Below are positions 12,511 through 25,500 of a DNA stretch of 64,000 bases, one piece after another (position 1 is the stretch's first letter; every line of letters starts with the position of its first letter). The notes under the pieces are model-generated. The model was given only the letters and a program-made list of their open reading frames with translations. It was not told where the DNA came from and did no database searches. The translations under genes were made by a program, and so were the position numbers. The DNA comes from Mobula hypostoma. Lineage: Eukaryota. The stretch lies in NCBI RefSeq assembly GCF_963921235.1, contig NC_086097.1, forward strand, positions 138,758,001 to 138,822,000, given 5' to 3'.

Positions 12511-13494
12511 CCTGGACAAGAGTCTAGCAGTCTAGATTATTTCAATTGTTTCACAGTCTATATTCCAAGCACGGAGACCATCTCTGTCAAGCCTCTCAAA
12601 TGCTGAGGTCCGGAGAAGGTTGTTGTTCCTAGTTTAACTATTAATGGGGTTTAGTGGGGCCCAGCCAAGAGGGTCACATGACCACTTCTGGAACTAAACC
12701 TGTGGTGGGCCAGTGGGCTTTGATCTCTGTGATGAGAAGTTTGCTTGACGCCTCGCTGATACTTTCATCAGCTGCTGGCTGCTGGACAGTTTTGTGACGT
12801 TGAATTGGGGCCAGTCTGAGCTGGCAGTGAGTGCCATGGATGTCTACAGGGGAACGAAGAGCTGGATCCCAGTCACAAGCCATACTCTCTTGCTGTGCTG
12901 AATCGAACCATCAAACTACTGAACTGCAGTGAGGAAAGCATTGTTAAAAGCCAAGATCTTCAGTAGATGTGGTCTGTGCCGTCTCGAAGTGTAACACCCA
13001 GCAGGCTGAAGTCAGCAGGTCTGGCTCAGTGCAGAGGTGCAAAATGTGGCAGAGTGTCAAGAGGAAATATTTGAGGTCTCAGTCCCTGCCCATTAGAGGG
13101 TGGAAGTTGCATGGACCAGACTTAAACCAACATTGATTTTTTTCTTTTGAACAGAGGGAGGGTGGTGTTGGTGGTGAGGAGTGGTTATTCCCCCTACAAC
13201 ACATTGGCTGCGGTTCTCCTATCTTTATTGCAAAGAATTGAGCTTTTCATGAATTTGGTGGATCTGTTCAGAACACGATACTGGCGTGGTAGATGGGCTG
13301 AGTTCATTCAACACTGATAGCACAGCCGCAGAACGTTTGGGTTAAAACATAAAACTAGGCAGACATCCCTCCAACAGCTAACAGACAATATCTGATAACA
13401 TTTTGCATCTTCTCAGTTTGCACTGCTTACCCCGTGATATCTATAACATGGGAGTTACCGAGGTACTGCATGTTCAAATGAGTAAGTACTATAC

Positions 13495-13792
13495 TCTCTA
13501 TCTCTTTCTCTCCCTGTTTCTCTCTTTCTCACTCTTTCTCTCTCGCTCTCTCTATCTCTATCTATTTCTCTATCTCTTTCTCTTCCTGTCTCTCTCTTTC
13601 TCTCTCTCTCTATTTCTTTCTATCTTTTCTCCCAGGTGCGCGTTCTCTCTCTCTTTCTCTATTTCTTGCTCTATCTCTATGTCTCTATCTCTCTCTATCG
13701 AGTATCTCTCTATTTCTCTTTCTATATCTGTCTTTCTCTATCTCTCGCTCTCTTTCTCTGTCTCTCTCTTTTTCTCTCTCTCCTTTCCTCTT
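13495..13792. repeat. (TC)n/(TCTA)n low-complexity tract
   Basis: Direct reading. Confidence 0.95.
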
Positions 13793-14029
13793 TGGAGTTA
13801 TGACCTTATTTATGTTTAGCAATGTACAGGTTAACAAAGGCTGGGTTAGAATGGGGAGTGATTCCTAATTTTGGAAAGTTCTGGGAATTGGTTCTCAATA
13901 TGGAAAGGCTTCTGACCACACCCTTGGCATGGCTGGTGGGTAGCAGTACTGGCATTAGGGGCTTGTTGCCAGTGTGGCAATACTTCAATAGATCTTTTAG
14001 CCTAATCTGGCACTGGCGAACACCATCAC

Positions 14030-14252
14030 CTGTAGGTTTCCCACCAGTTGGGAAACTACTGTCCTGATTTCAAAATAGATCACTGGTCCTTCTTCATCAC
14101 TGGGTCTAAAACCCTCCCTGACACCAGTGTGGGAATACCTTCACCAGGGAGAATTCAATATTTCAAGAAGGTGGCTCACCCTAACCTTCTCAACGATGGC
14201 ATGGATGGAGAATAAACGTTAGTTCTGCTGGCAACACTCAGATCCCATGAAG
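14030..14252 (+). mobile_element. Ancient LINE 3' end fragment (related pieces at ~36380-36600 - and 55850-56340 -)
   Basis: ttcatcactgggtctaaaaccctccctgacacc...ttcaagaaggtggctcacc resembles an old elasmobranch LINE 3' end. Family not assigned. Confidence 0.4.
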
Positions 14253-14719
14253 ACACCTAAGACAGGTATCTGCCAGTTATGGACCAGCTTATTTGAAGGC
14301 ATACAGTAAAGACATTGTGACAGAAGGTTAGCCAAGGGTTCTTGACCATATGTTACCAATTTCCCTGGGCTGTTTGATAAGTATAAGCAAAAAACTTCAG
14401 AGCTAAAATCGTCAAGACTACCAGTGTAGACTTTGCTGTGGTTAGTGCAAGGATATTAGTCGTCCTCTCATTTCTGATTAAGGATCTGCTAATCAACATC
14501 TGTTTTGAAGTACATCAAAGACAAATTTGATGTTTTGATTGGCTTCTAAACCATTTTGTTTTTTTTTAATGCATTGCCTACTGGCAGGGATGTGTAAACA
14601 TGTAGCAGTGTGGTGGCAGGGTTGGTTGTTTAACAGCTCTGTGAGACTGAGCTGAGAGGCTGTAAATGGGGGAGAAGCAGCTATTTCATTCAGTCGTTAA
14701 GGTTGTAAAGATAAATGGC

Positions 14720-15075
14720 ATAACAGGACATTTGGTCCAACTTATCCATTCTTACCAAGTTTCCCAACGGAGTTAGTCCCATTTGCCTGCATTTGACCTA
14801 TATCCCTCTAGACCTTTCTTATCCACGTACCTGTCCAAATGTCTTTTAAATGATATAATTGTACCCACCTCTGCCACTCCTTCTGGCAGCTCGTTCGATA
14901 AATCCACTACCCTCTTTGTAGAAAAGCTGCTCCTCAAATTTATTTTAAATCTTCCCCTTCCCACTTTAAACTTTTGCCCTCTAGTGTTAGACTCCCCTAT
15001 CCTGGGAGAAAAACTGGCCATTCAACTTATTTACATCTCTCATGATTTCATAAACCTCTATAAAGTCACCTCTGG
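14720..15075 (-). mobile_element. CR1 3' fragment
   Basis: RGQKFKVGRGRFKINLRSSFSTKRVVDLSNELP...FKRHLDRY. Confidence 0.9.
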
Positions 15076-15639
15076 TAATAGCCTTGTAAATTTTTTTGTA
15101 TCCTTTCCAGTTGAATAACAGTTGCAACTTTGTTAGCTGAAGTTTGACAAACTGAAGCATGGCAGAGCCCTTCAACAAAAATTCTATAAGGGATGCAGTA
15201 ATTACTCTTTGCGTCTTATCAGCTCTTTGGCATAAGTGAGTTTTAGAACTAGTTACGTTGTACCAAAGTTTGTCCAGGAAACGGAAAGCACACATAATTC
15301 TCAAATGCCAGGACTTCGGTATTTTAAAACTTTATAAAGATCACTGGATGGGCATTAGCTATTATTCTGTGGCTAATTCTGTCACCAAATTAAGGGAAGG
15401 TTCTTTAAAACTTAGAGAGAGGTTAAGGGATATTTTGGGGAGCATTGCAGAGGTCGGGTGTTCAGGCCTTTGGAGAATCTGGGGGTCTGGGATTGTTCCC
15501 CTTGACATTTGGTGGAGGTTTTGATGGAGGATGGGTGAACCAGCAGGTATGGAGTGAGAGGAATTAACAAGTGGAGCAGGAGAGGAAGGTGTTGTTATCA
15601 GTTTGTTATAAAGGGCCTGATTAAGCCCACAGCCCTGAT

Positions 15640-15992
15640 TAAGATACAGTGAAAAGCTTTTGCATGCCATTCATGCAGATAGTGCCATACATAATTACAC
15701 TGAGATGCTTAAAATAAAACAGAACACAGAATATCGTGTTGCATACACAGAGAAAGTGCAGAGCAGTGAGACTAATTAAGCATAAGGGCCTCAGTGAGGT
15801 CGATTGGGAGCTCAAAGTTCAAGGTTCATCTTTTAGTGAGAGAGACGGCAAATCAGGGGTCTGATGACAGTGGTTTAGAAGCTGTCCTTGAAGCTGGAAG
15901 TACATGTTCTCAAGCTTTCGTGTTTCCTGCTTGATGGGAGAAGGATGGCTGATGTCCTGCTGAATTCCTCCAGCATTTTGTGTGTGTGGCTG
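15640..15992 (-). mobile_element. Rex1-like 3' fragment joined to a short Penelope pseudo-LTR piece (15955-15990)
   Basis: The reverse strand resembles the Rex1 C-terminal R..SF.P motif; tcctgctgaattcctccagcattttgtgtgtg follows. Confidence 0.5.
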
Positions 15993-16621
15993 ATGTCCTT
16001 GACTGTTTGCTCTACAAGTTGTGATCTGGGTCATGCTGCCTTGCTGTAGAGGCTATGGGAGCTTTTAAAACAAAAGTATTGGGTAAGAAAAAGGGGTGGG
16101 AGTTGGGATGGGAGTAAAGGCTGATCAAAGAAGTTAGTTGACATGATGGGACAAGTAGCTCCCTTCACACCTTTCACACCCTTTAGTGCTTCAAAATACC
16201 ACCATGGGAATCTTCTATCTTCTATCTTTTATTGTAATCAACTGAGTCTTTTTGTTCTGTCTTAGAGCTGGTGTATTTCCTCTTTCTGGAATAACTGTTA
16301 GGCTCAGTAATCATTGGCACGGTGTTCAATGCCCACCAGCTGGAACAGAAGTTCACAAACATGACCCATAAAATACAGACTGTGGGCTTAATCAGGCCCT
16401 TTCGCTTACTGCTGGTTTACGCTTCACTTTACATTTCTGTGTCTTGATTGCCCAAAGGGGAAGTGCAGTGGTCTTTTCCTTAATTATAACACAATCCGCA
16501 GCCATGGTCACAACAGTTGGCTAGGACAGTCATCCCTACAATCTAACATACCACAAATTCCCATTTGGTCCCACCACTGACCCCCAAAGATATTTGTCTT
16601 TTTTTATTTTAATGTATCCCA

Positions 16622-17262
16622 AAACCTGTCGGCTGTCAAATCCTCCTCTCACTCTGTTACTCTCTCTCTCTCACTCTGTTACTCACTCTCTCTCTCTCTC
16701 TCACTCTCTCACTCTCACTCACTCACTCTCTCGTTCTCTCTCACTCACTGTCTGTCATTCTTTCATTATCTCTCAGTCTATCTATCTCTTTTCTCTGTTT
16801 TTCTCCCTCTGCTTACTCCACCTTTTTCATTCTTTCTTTCTTTATCTTATTCCTTGTCACTATCTTTCTATTTCTCTTTTTGTCCCTTTCCCTGTCACAC
16901 TCTGTATCTCTCGCTCTGCCTCTTTTCTATTTTTCTCTCTGTCTCTGTATCTGTCCCTCTCTATCTCATTTCCACCTCTCTTTCTCTCTCCACGTCACTG
17001 TCTCCCATCTTCTCTTTCTTTCTCTGTATCTCCCTCTGCCTCTTCTTCTATCAATCTGTTTCTTTATCTCCCTTCTAAGTCTGTCTCATTGCCTCTCTCT
17101 CTCCTCCCCTCCCCTCCCCCTCCCCTCCCCCTCCCCCTCCCATCCCCCTCCCCTCCCATCGCCCTCCTCCCCCTCCCTCCCCCTCCCTCCCCTCCCTCTT
17201 TCCCCTCTCCCCCTCTGCCCCTCGTTCTCATCACTTCCTCCCATTCTCTCTCTTTCTCTCAG
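16622..17262. repeat. Long pyrimidine-rich low-complexity tract (TC/TCAC repeats, C-rich end)
   Basis: Direct reading. The G-rich opposite strand at 17100-17225 has G-quadruplex or triplex potential. Confidence 0.93.
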
Positions 17263-17377
17263 CTGTAGGTTTTTTGTGTAACCTATATGCAGTTATTAAA
17301 ATGTGAATGATCTCAGTCTTGCATGAATTGTGAATCTGCAAAGCCTACTGCTGAGTTTGCACTGAAACTTCCCTCAC

Positions 17378-17525
17378 TCCAACAAACCATCTGCTGAAAG
17401 AACTTAATGGGCCGAGCAGCATCTCTTGGAAAGGAATTGTCGATGCTTTGGGTTGAAACCTGATGCAGGGTATCAACATAATTTCAACACGCTGACAATT
17501 CCTTGTTTGCTCCAGATTCCAGCAA
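17378..17525. mobile_element. Decayed, partly palindromic Penelope pseudo-LTR element
   Basis: ctgctgaaagaacttaatgggccgagcagcatct...gtcgatgctttgggttgaaacctgatgcaggg...tttgctccagattccagca. Confidence 0.55.
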
Positions 17526-17723
17526 TGGGGGGCTAGTGGACAATGAGGAAGGCTATCAAAGCTTGCAGCAAGATCTGGACCAGCTGGAAAACGACTGAAA
17601 AATAGCAAATAGAAATTTAATACAGACAAGTATGAGGTGTTGCACTTTGGGAGGACAAACCAGGATAGTAGGACTAAGTTACTGAGGAGTGCAGTAGAAC
17701 AGAGGAAACACAGACCCATACTC

Positions 17724-18061
17724 TGTCCAAGTTACATGCCATCTTGGTCAATGTCTCCCATCCACTACATAATGTACTGGTTGGTCACAGGAGTACATTC
17801 ATCCAGAGGCTCATTCCACCGGGATGCAACACTGAGCGTCATAGGAAGTCATTCCTGCCTGTGGCCATCAAACTGTACAACTCCTCCCTTGGAGGGTCAG
17901 ACACCCTGAGCCAGTAGGCTGGTCCTGGACTTACTTCCTGGCATAATTTACATATTACTATTTAACTATTTATGGTTTTATTACTATTTAATTAATTATG
18001 GTGCAACTGTAACGAAAACCAATTTCCCCCAGGATCAATAAAGTATGACTACGACTATGAC
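17724..18061 (+). mobile_element. Rex1-like 3' end with (GACTAT)n tail and TSD TACTC
   Basis: Encodes ..TERHRKSFLPVAIKLYN. Tail aataaagtatgactacgactatgac. TACTC at 17719-17723 and 18062-18066. Confidence 0.75.
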
Positions 18062-18375
18062 TACTCCCTTGAAAGTGGCATCACAGGTGCACAAGGACAT
18101 AAGGAGAGCTGTTGGCACATCGGCCTTCATCAATCAAAGTACTGAATATAGGAGTTGAGATGTTGAAGCTGTATGAGAGGTTGGTGAGGCCTAAATTGGA
18201 GTATTGTGTGCAGTCTTGGCCACCTACCTACAGGAAACATATCAATAAGATTGAAAGAGTACAGAGAAATTACAAGGATATTGGCAGGTCTTGAAGACCT
18301 GAGGTATAGGAAGAGGTTGAATAGATTAGGATTGCAGAAGAATGTGGGGAAATTTGATAGAAGTATACAAGATTG

Positions 18376-19517
18376 TGAAAGACAAAGGTACAAGAAATGC
18401 GATATTGATGTTAAGGATACTATCAGAACAAGCTATTCAAGTGCAAAAAGATTTGTTTGTTTGTTTTATCGACTACACAAAAGCATTTGATAAAGTGAAG
18501 CACAATAATTATTCGAAATATTACAGGAAACCCTAGATCTAGATTTGAAAGACCTCCACCTAATCAGAAATCTGTACTGGGAACAAACTGTCGCTGTAAG
18601 AATAGACGGAGAAGTGAGTCAGTTTTCCAAATTCAAGACAGGCATTAGACAAGGCTGTGTTTTCTCCCATGATTTGTTTAATGTGTACAGTGAAACAATA
18701 TTACAAAAAATAAGAGACATCTTGGGAATCAAAGTTGGTGGTGAAAACATCAATAATTTTAGATATGCGGATGACCCTGTGTTAATCGCAAGTACAGAGG
18801 AAGAACTACAAAACTTAATTGATATATTTGTTGAAGAAAGTGCAAAAAGACAGAATGTATGGTGATATCCAAAAAGAAGGAGAATCCTATCTGCAGACTG
18901 AGAATAAACGGGGAAGACATAAAACAAGTACAGAACTTTTGCTACTTAGGAAGCTGTGTGACATCAGATGGCAGGTGCGACATGGACATCAAAAGAAGAA
19001 TAGGGATGGCAAAAGACACTTTTAGGAGAATGAAGAGTATACTGACCAACACTAAACTAGGCATGACAACCCACCTCAGAGTACTGAAATGTTACGTTTA
19101 TCCAGTTATATTATATGGCTCAGAATGTTGGACAATATCTAGTAACATGAAGAAATGAATTGAAGCAGCAGAGATGTGGTTTTTGAGGAGGATGCAAAGA
19201 ATCTCATGGACAAAATAAATATCTAATGAGGATGTCATGAACAGAGCAAACACAAAAAGAGAAATAATGTATGAGATCATGAAAAGGCAACGTGACTTCA
19301 TTGGACATGTGATTGGGAAAGAGGAGTTAGAATGCGCGATAATTATGGGAAAGATTGAAGGGAAGAAAGCAAGAGGAAGGCAATGACAAATGATGATGGA
19401 GACAGCAGCCAGAGAACTGGAAATGAATACCAATGAATTGATCCACTTGACCCGAAAGAGGAGTGTGTGGGCCATGGCAGTCAAAGCTCAAACCTGATGA
19501 TGATGGTGATGACGATG
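18376..19517 (+). mobile_element. RTE-clade LINE, 5'-truncated, with disrupted RT
   Basis: FIDYTKAFDKVKH, GIRQGCVFSHDLFN, RYADD, YLGS, LYGSECW. (TGA)n tail at 19495-19517. 11-bp TSD ATACAAGATTG at 18365-18375 and 19518-19528. Confidence 0.93.
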
Positions 19518-20209
19518 ATACAAGATTGAGGGATATAGATAGAGTAAATGCAAGCAGATTTTTTCCTCAGAGGTTGGGTGAGACTAGAACTAGAGGTCAT
19601 ATTTAAGGGTGAAAGATGAAATATTTCGGGGAACCTGTGGTCTTCACTCAGAGGGTGAAACAAGCTGCCAGTGGAAGTGATGGATGCTGGTTCAATTTCA
19701 ACATTTAGGAGAAATTTGGGACGGGTACATAGATGATAGGGGTATGGGAGATTATGGTCCAGTTGCGGTTCAATGGGACCGGGCAGAATAACAGCTCAGT
19801 ATTGACTAGATGTGTTGAAGGGCCTGTTTCTCTGCTGGAGGCTCCACAACTCTAAAGCTTTATTTTTTGTTTGCCCATTGTGTTATCCTAATTCCATCCT
19901 CCGTGCTGTATGAAAACATGTGGAAATGGAGTGCGCTGTCAAGTAAACAAATAGCAGAGACTGTGACCACTAACTAATAGAGCATAACTGTTTTTAAATA
20001 GTGATAATTGTTGAGCAAGGCCAGAGACGGAATGATTTCAACAGTTCAGCTTGTTTCACTTTCTGAACTTCTCTCACAGACTTTCAAAAATGGTAAATGT
20101 TCTTCATATATGTTCCTTTATCTTTCAGTCAGCTTATTCACTCTCCCTCTTTTTCCCCTCCTCATCTGGCAACCTAAATTCAACTTCTCTGCCTTAATTG
20201 CTTTCTCAG

Positions 20210-20277
20210 CCCATTGGTCAGACTTGCTAAGGGGCCTTTCACCAGATCTGGCGAAGTGCAGCATAACTGGACTTTGA
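20210..20277 (+). CDS. Weak candidate (alternative) terminal exon
   Basis: Acceptor ccttaattgctttctcag|20210. Phase-1 reading xHWSDLLRGLSPDLAKCSITGL*. No nearby polyA signal seen. Confidence 0.2.
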
Positions 20278-20532
20278 AGTGCCCGGGGGTTCCCACCTAA
20301 CCCCGAGCAAGCACACCAGCAGCAGAAGCAAGATCCTGGCCCCCTCCCAATCCAGACCTGGCCTACCCTGGCCTTTAACAACAAGACTCCACACCTGCAA
20401 TGGACAAAGTCGCATATTATTTCTTCAGACTCTGACAGGCGAGGAGAGATATTTCTACCTCTACCCTGTGACGGAACCATGTATGAGATCTTTGGTGGGC
20501 TATCCAGACCAATATCAAATCTGCGGGAGGAG

Positions 20533-21424
20533 CAGTGTGGGAGGGGCAATACTGAGGGAGTGTCACTCTGCGGGATGGACAGTACTGAGTGAGTGTCACT
20601 CTGTGGGATGGACAGTACTCAGGGAGTGTCACACTGTGGGAGGGACAGTACTGAGGGAGTGTCACACCGTGGGATGGACAGTACTGAGGGAGTGTCACAC
20701 CGTGGGATGGACGGTACTGAGGGAGTGTCACACTGTGGGAGGAACAGTACTGAGGGAGAGTCACACTGTGGGATGGACAGTACTGAGGGAGTGTCACACT
20801 GTGGGATGGGCAGTACTGATGGAGTGTCACTCTGTGGGATGGACAGTACTCAGGGAGTGTCACACTGTGGGAGGGACAGTACTCAGGGAGTGTCGCACTG
20901 TGGGAGGGACAGTACTGAGGGAGTGTCACACCGTGGGATGGACTGTACTGAAGGAGTGTCACACCGTGGGATGGACAGTACTGAGGGAGTGTCACACCGT
21001 GGGATGGACGGTACTGAGGGAGTGTCACAGTGTGGGATGGACAGTACTGAGGGAGTGTCACACTGTGGGAGGGACAGTACTGAGGGAGTGTCACACTGTG
21101 GGATGGACAGTACAGGGAGTGTCACACTGTGGGATGGACAGTACTGAGGGAGTGTCAAACTGTGAGATGGACAGTACTGAGGGAGTGTCACACTGTGGGA
21201 TGGACAGTACTGAGGGAGTGTCAAACTGTGAGATGGACGGTACTGAGGGAGTGTCACACTGTGGGATGGACAATACTGAGGGAGTGTCAAACTGTGAGAT
21301 GGACGGTACTGAGGGAGTGTCACACTGTGGGATGGACAATACTGAGGGAGTGTCAAACTGTGGGATGGACAGTACTGAGGGAGTGTCACACTGTGGGAGG
21401 GGCAATACTGAGGGAGTGTCACAC
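20533..21424. repeat. 33-bp minisatellite, about 27 units
   Basis: Unit GGGATGGACAGTACTGAGGGAGTGTCACACTGT; one unit has a 2-bp deletion near 21113. Confidence 0.97.
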
Positions 21425-22585
21425 GTTGGGGAATGTCGTTGTGAGGGGGTGGGGCGGCCAGTGCAGGAGTCCACACTGTCGTGGGGCTGAACTTCAGCTG
21501 AGAAGTGTAATCGTTTGAATGGGTCCTCTGGCTGGAGGAATAATGGAGTCCTATTTGTGTGTCCGTGTGGGCATTGCATGGGTGTGAAGGAGGGACAGGA
21601 TGGGACTTGTCTTGCTGTTGTTGTTTTGTTGCTGTTCTGCTGTTGCTAGTGTTGCTCTGTGAACATGGCAGGCCTGCTACGTTGGTGCCTGAATATGTGG
21701 TGACACTTGTGTGCTGCCTCAGCCCATCATTGGGTTGTGTTGGTTGCTAATGGCAAGCCAATGATTGGGTTCAAATGCAGACAGAGCGAAGAGTTAAATT
21801 GTACCACAGAGGCAAAATTCAAAAGGGCGAAGAATGCAGGACTGAAGATGCTGTATTTAAATGGATGGAGCATTCGGAATAAGGTGGAGGAACTTGTGGC
21901 GCAATTACTGATTGGTCAGTATGACATTGTGGGCATCACTGAGTCGTGGCTGAAAGAAGGCCATAGTTTGGAGCTTAACATCAAAGGATATACTTTGTAT
22001 TGAAAGGACAGGCAGGAAGGCATAGGCGGTGGTGTTGTTCTGTTGGTAAGAGATGGAATTACATCTTTATAAAGAAGTGACATAGCATCAGAAAATGTTG
22101 AATCTTTGTGGGTGGTGTTAAGAAATTGCAAGGATAAAAAAAAACATCATGGGAATCATATATAGGCTTCTGAATAGTAGCCAAGATGTGGGGTCGAGAT
22201 TGCAAATGGAGCTGAAAAGGGCATGTAATAAAGGTAATGACATAATTGTAATAGGGGTCTTCAGTATGCAAAGGGATTGGGAAAATCATGTTGGTGTTGG
22301 ATCACGAGAGAGAGAATTTGTTGAATGTCTGTGAGATGGCTTTTTAGAGCGTACTCAGGGAAAGGTTATCTTAGATTGGGTGTTGTGTAATAATCCAGAT
22401 ATTATTAGGGAGCTTAACGTAAAGGAGGCAGTGAACATAATATGACTGAATTTATACTGCAGTTTGAGAGAGAGAAGCATAAGTCAGATAGAAACATAGA
22501 AACATAGAAAATAGGTGCAGGAGTAGGCCATTCGGCCCTTCGAGCCTGCACCGCCATTTATTATGATCATGGCTGATCATCCAAC

Positions 22586-25500
22586 TCAGAACCCCGCCCC
22601 AGCCTTCCCTCCATACCCCCTGACCCCCGTAGCCACAAGGGCCATATCTAACTCCCTCTTAAACATAGCCAATGAACTGGCCTCAACAGTTTGCTGTGGC
22701 AGAGAATTCCACAGATTCACCACTCTCTGTGTGAAGAAGTTTTTCCTAATCTCGGTCCTAAAAGGCTTCCCCTCTATCCTCAAACTGTGACCCCTCGTTC
22801 TGGACTTCCCCAACATCGGGAACAATCTTCCTGCATCTAGCCTGTCCAATCCTTTTAGGATCTTATACGTTTCAATCAGATCCCCCCTCAATCTTCTAAA
22901 TTCCAACGAGTACAAGCCCAGTTCATCCAGTCTTTCTTCATATGAAAGTCCTGCCATCCCAGGAATCAATCTGGTGAACCTTCTTTGTACTCCCTCTATG
23001 GCAAAGATGTCTTTCCTCAGATTAGGGGACCAAAACTGCACACAATACTCCAGGTGTGGTCTCACCAAGGCCTTGTACAACTGCAGTAGTACCTCCCTGC
23101 TCCTGTACTCGAATCCTCTCGCTATAAATGCCAGCATACCATTCGCCTTTTTCACTGCCTGCTGTACCTGCATGCCCACTTTCAATGACTGGTGTATAAT
23201 GACACCCAGGTCTCGTTGCACCTCCCCTTTTCCTAATCGGCCACCATTCAGATAATAATCTGTTTTCCTATTTTTGCCACCAAAGTGGATAACTTCACAT
23301 TTATCCACATTAAATTGCATCTGCCATGAGTTTGCCCACTCACCCAACCTATCCAAGTCACCCTGCATCCTCTTAGCATCCTCCTCACTGCTAACACTGC
23401 CGCCCAGCTTCGTGTCATCCGCAAACTTGGAGATGCTGCATTTAATTCCCTCATCCAAGTCATTAATATATATTGTAAACAACTGGGGTCCCAGCACTGA
23501 GCCTTGCGGTACCCCACTAGTCACCGCCTGCCATTCTGAAAAGGTCCCGTTTATTCCCACTCTTTGCTTCCTGTCTGCTAACCAATTCTCCACCCACACC
23601 AATACCTTAACCCCAATACCGTGTGCTTTAAGTTTGCACATAATCTCCTGTGTGGGACCTTGTCAAAAGCCTTTTGAAAATCCAAATATACCACATCCAC
23701 TGGTTCTCCCCTATCCACTCTACTAGTTACATCCTCAAAAAATTCTATGAGATTCGTCAGACATGATTTTCCTTTCACAAATCCATGCTGACTTTGTCCG
23801 ATCATTTCTCCGCTTTCCAAATGTGCTGTTATCACATCCTTGATAACTGACTCCAGCAGTTTCCCCAACACCAACGTTAGGCTAACCGGTCTATAATTCC
23901 CCGGTTTCTCTCTCCCTCCTTTTTTAAAAATTGGGGTTACATTAGCCACCCTCCAATCCTCAGGAACTAGTCCAGAATCTAACGAGTTTTGAAAAATTAT
24001 CACTAATGCATCCACTATTTCTTGGGCTACTTCCTTAAGCACTCTGGGATGCAGACCATCTGTCCCTGGGGATTTATCTGCCTTCAATCCCTTCAATTTA
24101 CCTAACACCACTTCCCTACTAACATGTATTTCGCTCAGTTCCTCCATCTCACTGGACCCTCTGTCCCTTACTATTTCTGGAAGATTATTTATGTCCTCCT
24201 TAGTGAAGACAGAACCAAAGTAATTATTCAATTGGTCTGCCATGTCCTTGCTCCCCATAATCAATTCACCTGTTTCTGTCTGCAGGGGACCTACATTTGT
24301 CTTTACCAGTCTTTTCCTTTTTACATATCTATAAAAACTTTTACAGTCCGTTTTTATGTTCTCTGCCAGTTTTCTCTCATAATCTTTTTTCCCCTTCCTA
24401 ATTAAGCCCTTTGTCCTCCTCTGCTGAACTCTGAATTTCTCCCAGTCCTCAGGTGAGCCACTTTCTCTGGCTAATTTGTATGCTACTTCTTTGGAATTGA
24501 TACTATCCCTAATTTCTCTTGTCAGCCACGGGTGCACTACCTTCCTTGATTTATTCTTTTGCCAAACTGGGATGAACAATTGTTGTAGTTCATCCATGCA
24601 ACCTATAAATGCTTGCCATTGCATATCCACCGTCAATCCTTTAAGTGTCATTTGCCAGTCTATCTTAGCTAATTCATGTCTCATACCTTCAAAGTTACCC
24701 CTCTTTAAGTACAGAACCTTTGTTTCTGAATTAACTATGTCACTCTCCATATTAATGAAGAATTCCACCATATTATGGTCACTCTTACCCAAGGGGCCTC
24801 TCACGACAAGATCGCTAATTAACCCTTCCTCATTGCTCAAAACCCAGTCCAGAATAGCCTGCTCTCTAGTTGGTTCCTCGACATGTTGGTTCAAAAAACC
24901 ATCCCGCATACATTCCAAGAAATCCTCTTCCTCAGCACCTTTACCAATTTGGTTCACCCAGTCTACATGTAGATTGAAGTCACCCATTATAACTGCTGTT
25001 CCTTTATTGCACACATTTCTAATTTCCTGTTTAATACCATCTCCGACCTCACTACTACTGTTAGGTAGCCTGTACACAACTCCCACCAGCGTCTTCTGCC
25101 CCTTAGTGTTATGCAGCTCTACCCATATCGATTCCACATCTTCCCGGCTTATGTCCTTCCTTTCTATTGCGTTAATCTCTTCTTTAACTAGCAACGCCAC
25201 CCCACCTCCCCTTCCTTCATGTCTATCCCTCCTGAATATTGAATATCCCTGAACGTTGAGCTCCCATCCCTGGTCACCCTGGAGCCATGTCTCTGTGATC
25301 CCAACTATATCATAATCATTAATAACAATCTGCACTTTCAATTCATCCACCTTATTACGAATGCTCCTTGCATTGACACATAAAGCCTTCAGGCGCTCTT
25401 TTACAACTCTCTTAGCCCTTGTACAATTATGTTGAAAAGTGGCCCCTTTTAATGCTTGCCCTGGATTTGTCGGCCTGCCACTTTTACTTTTCTCCTTTGT

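Larger units (their letters stand above)
17526..19855 (+). mobile_element. Decayed CR1 3' half acting as host for Rex1 and RTE insertions
   Basis: Pieces 17526-17723 (LQQDLDQL, LHFGRTN), 18062-18375 (LYERLVRPKLEYCVQSW) and 19518-19855 (3' end) are collinear. Confidence 0.85.

Noticed and set aside
16594..17281. Ser/Leu/Pro-rich ORFs (also 13403..13819)
   Set aside because: Low-complexity pyrimidine tracts that lack stop codons by composition.
20533..21424. Possible CRISPR array (also considered for 160-780 and 36020-36372)
   Set aside because: Units are contiguous with no unique spacers, there are no cas genes, and the context is eukaryotic.
20279..21579. 403-aa ORF and overlapping ORFs with ECHTVGWTVLR repeats
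   Set aside because: Translation of the 33-bp minisatellite; the frame shifts at a 2-bp deletion within the array.
24476..25252. Long antisense ORFs over CR1 ORF2 (also 37160..37852, 39170..39841, 41487..42011)
   Set aside because: Shadow ORFs of the LINE coding strand, repeated only because the copies are near-identical; no independent evidence.
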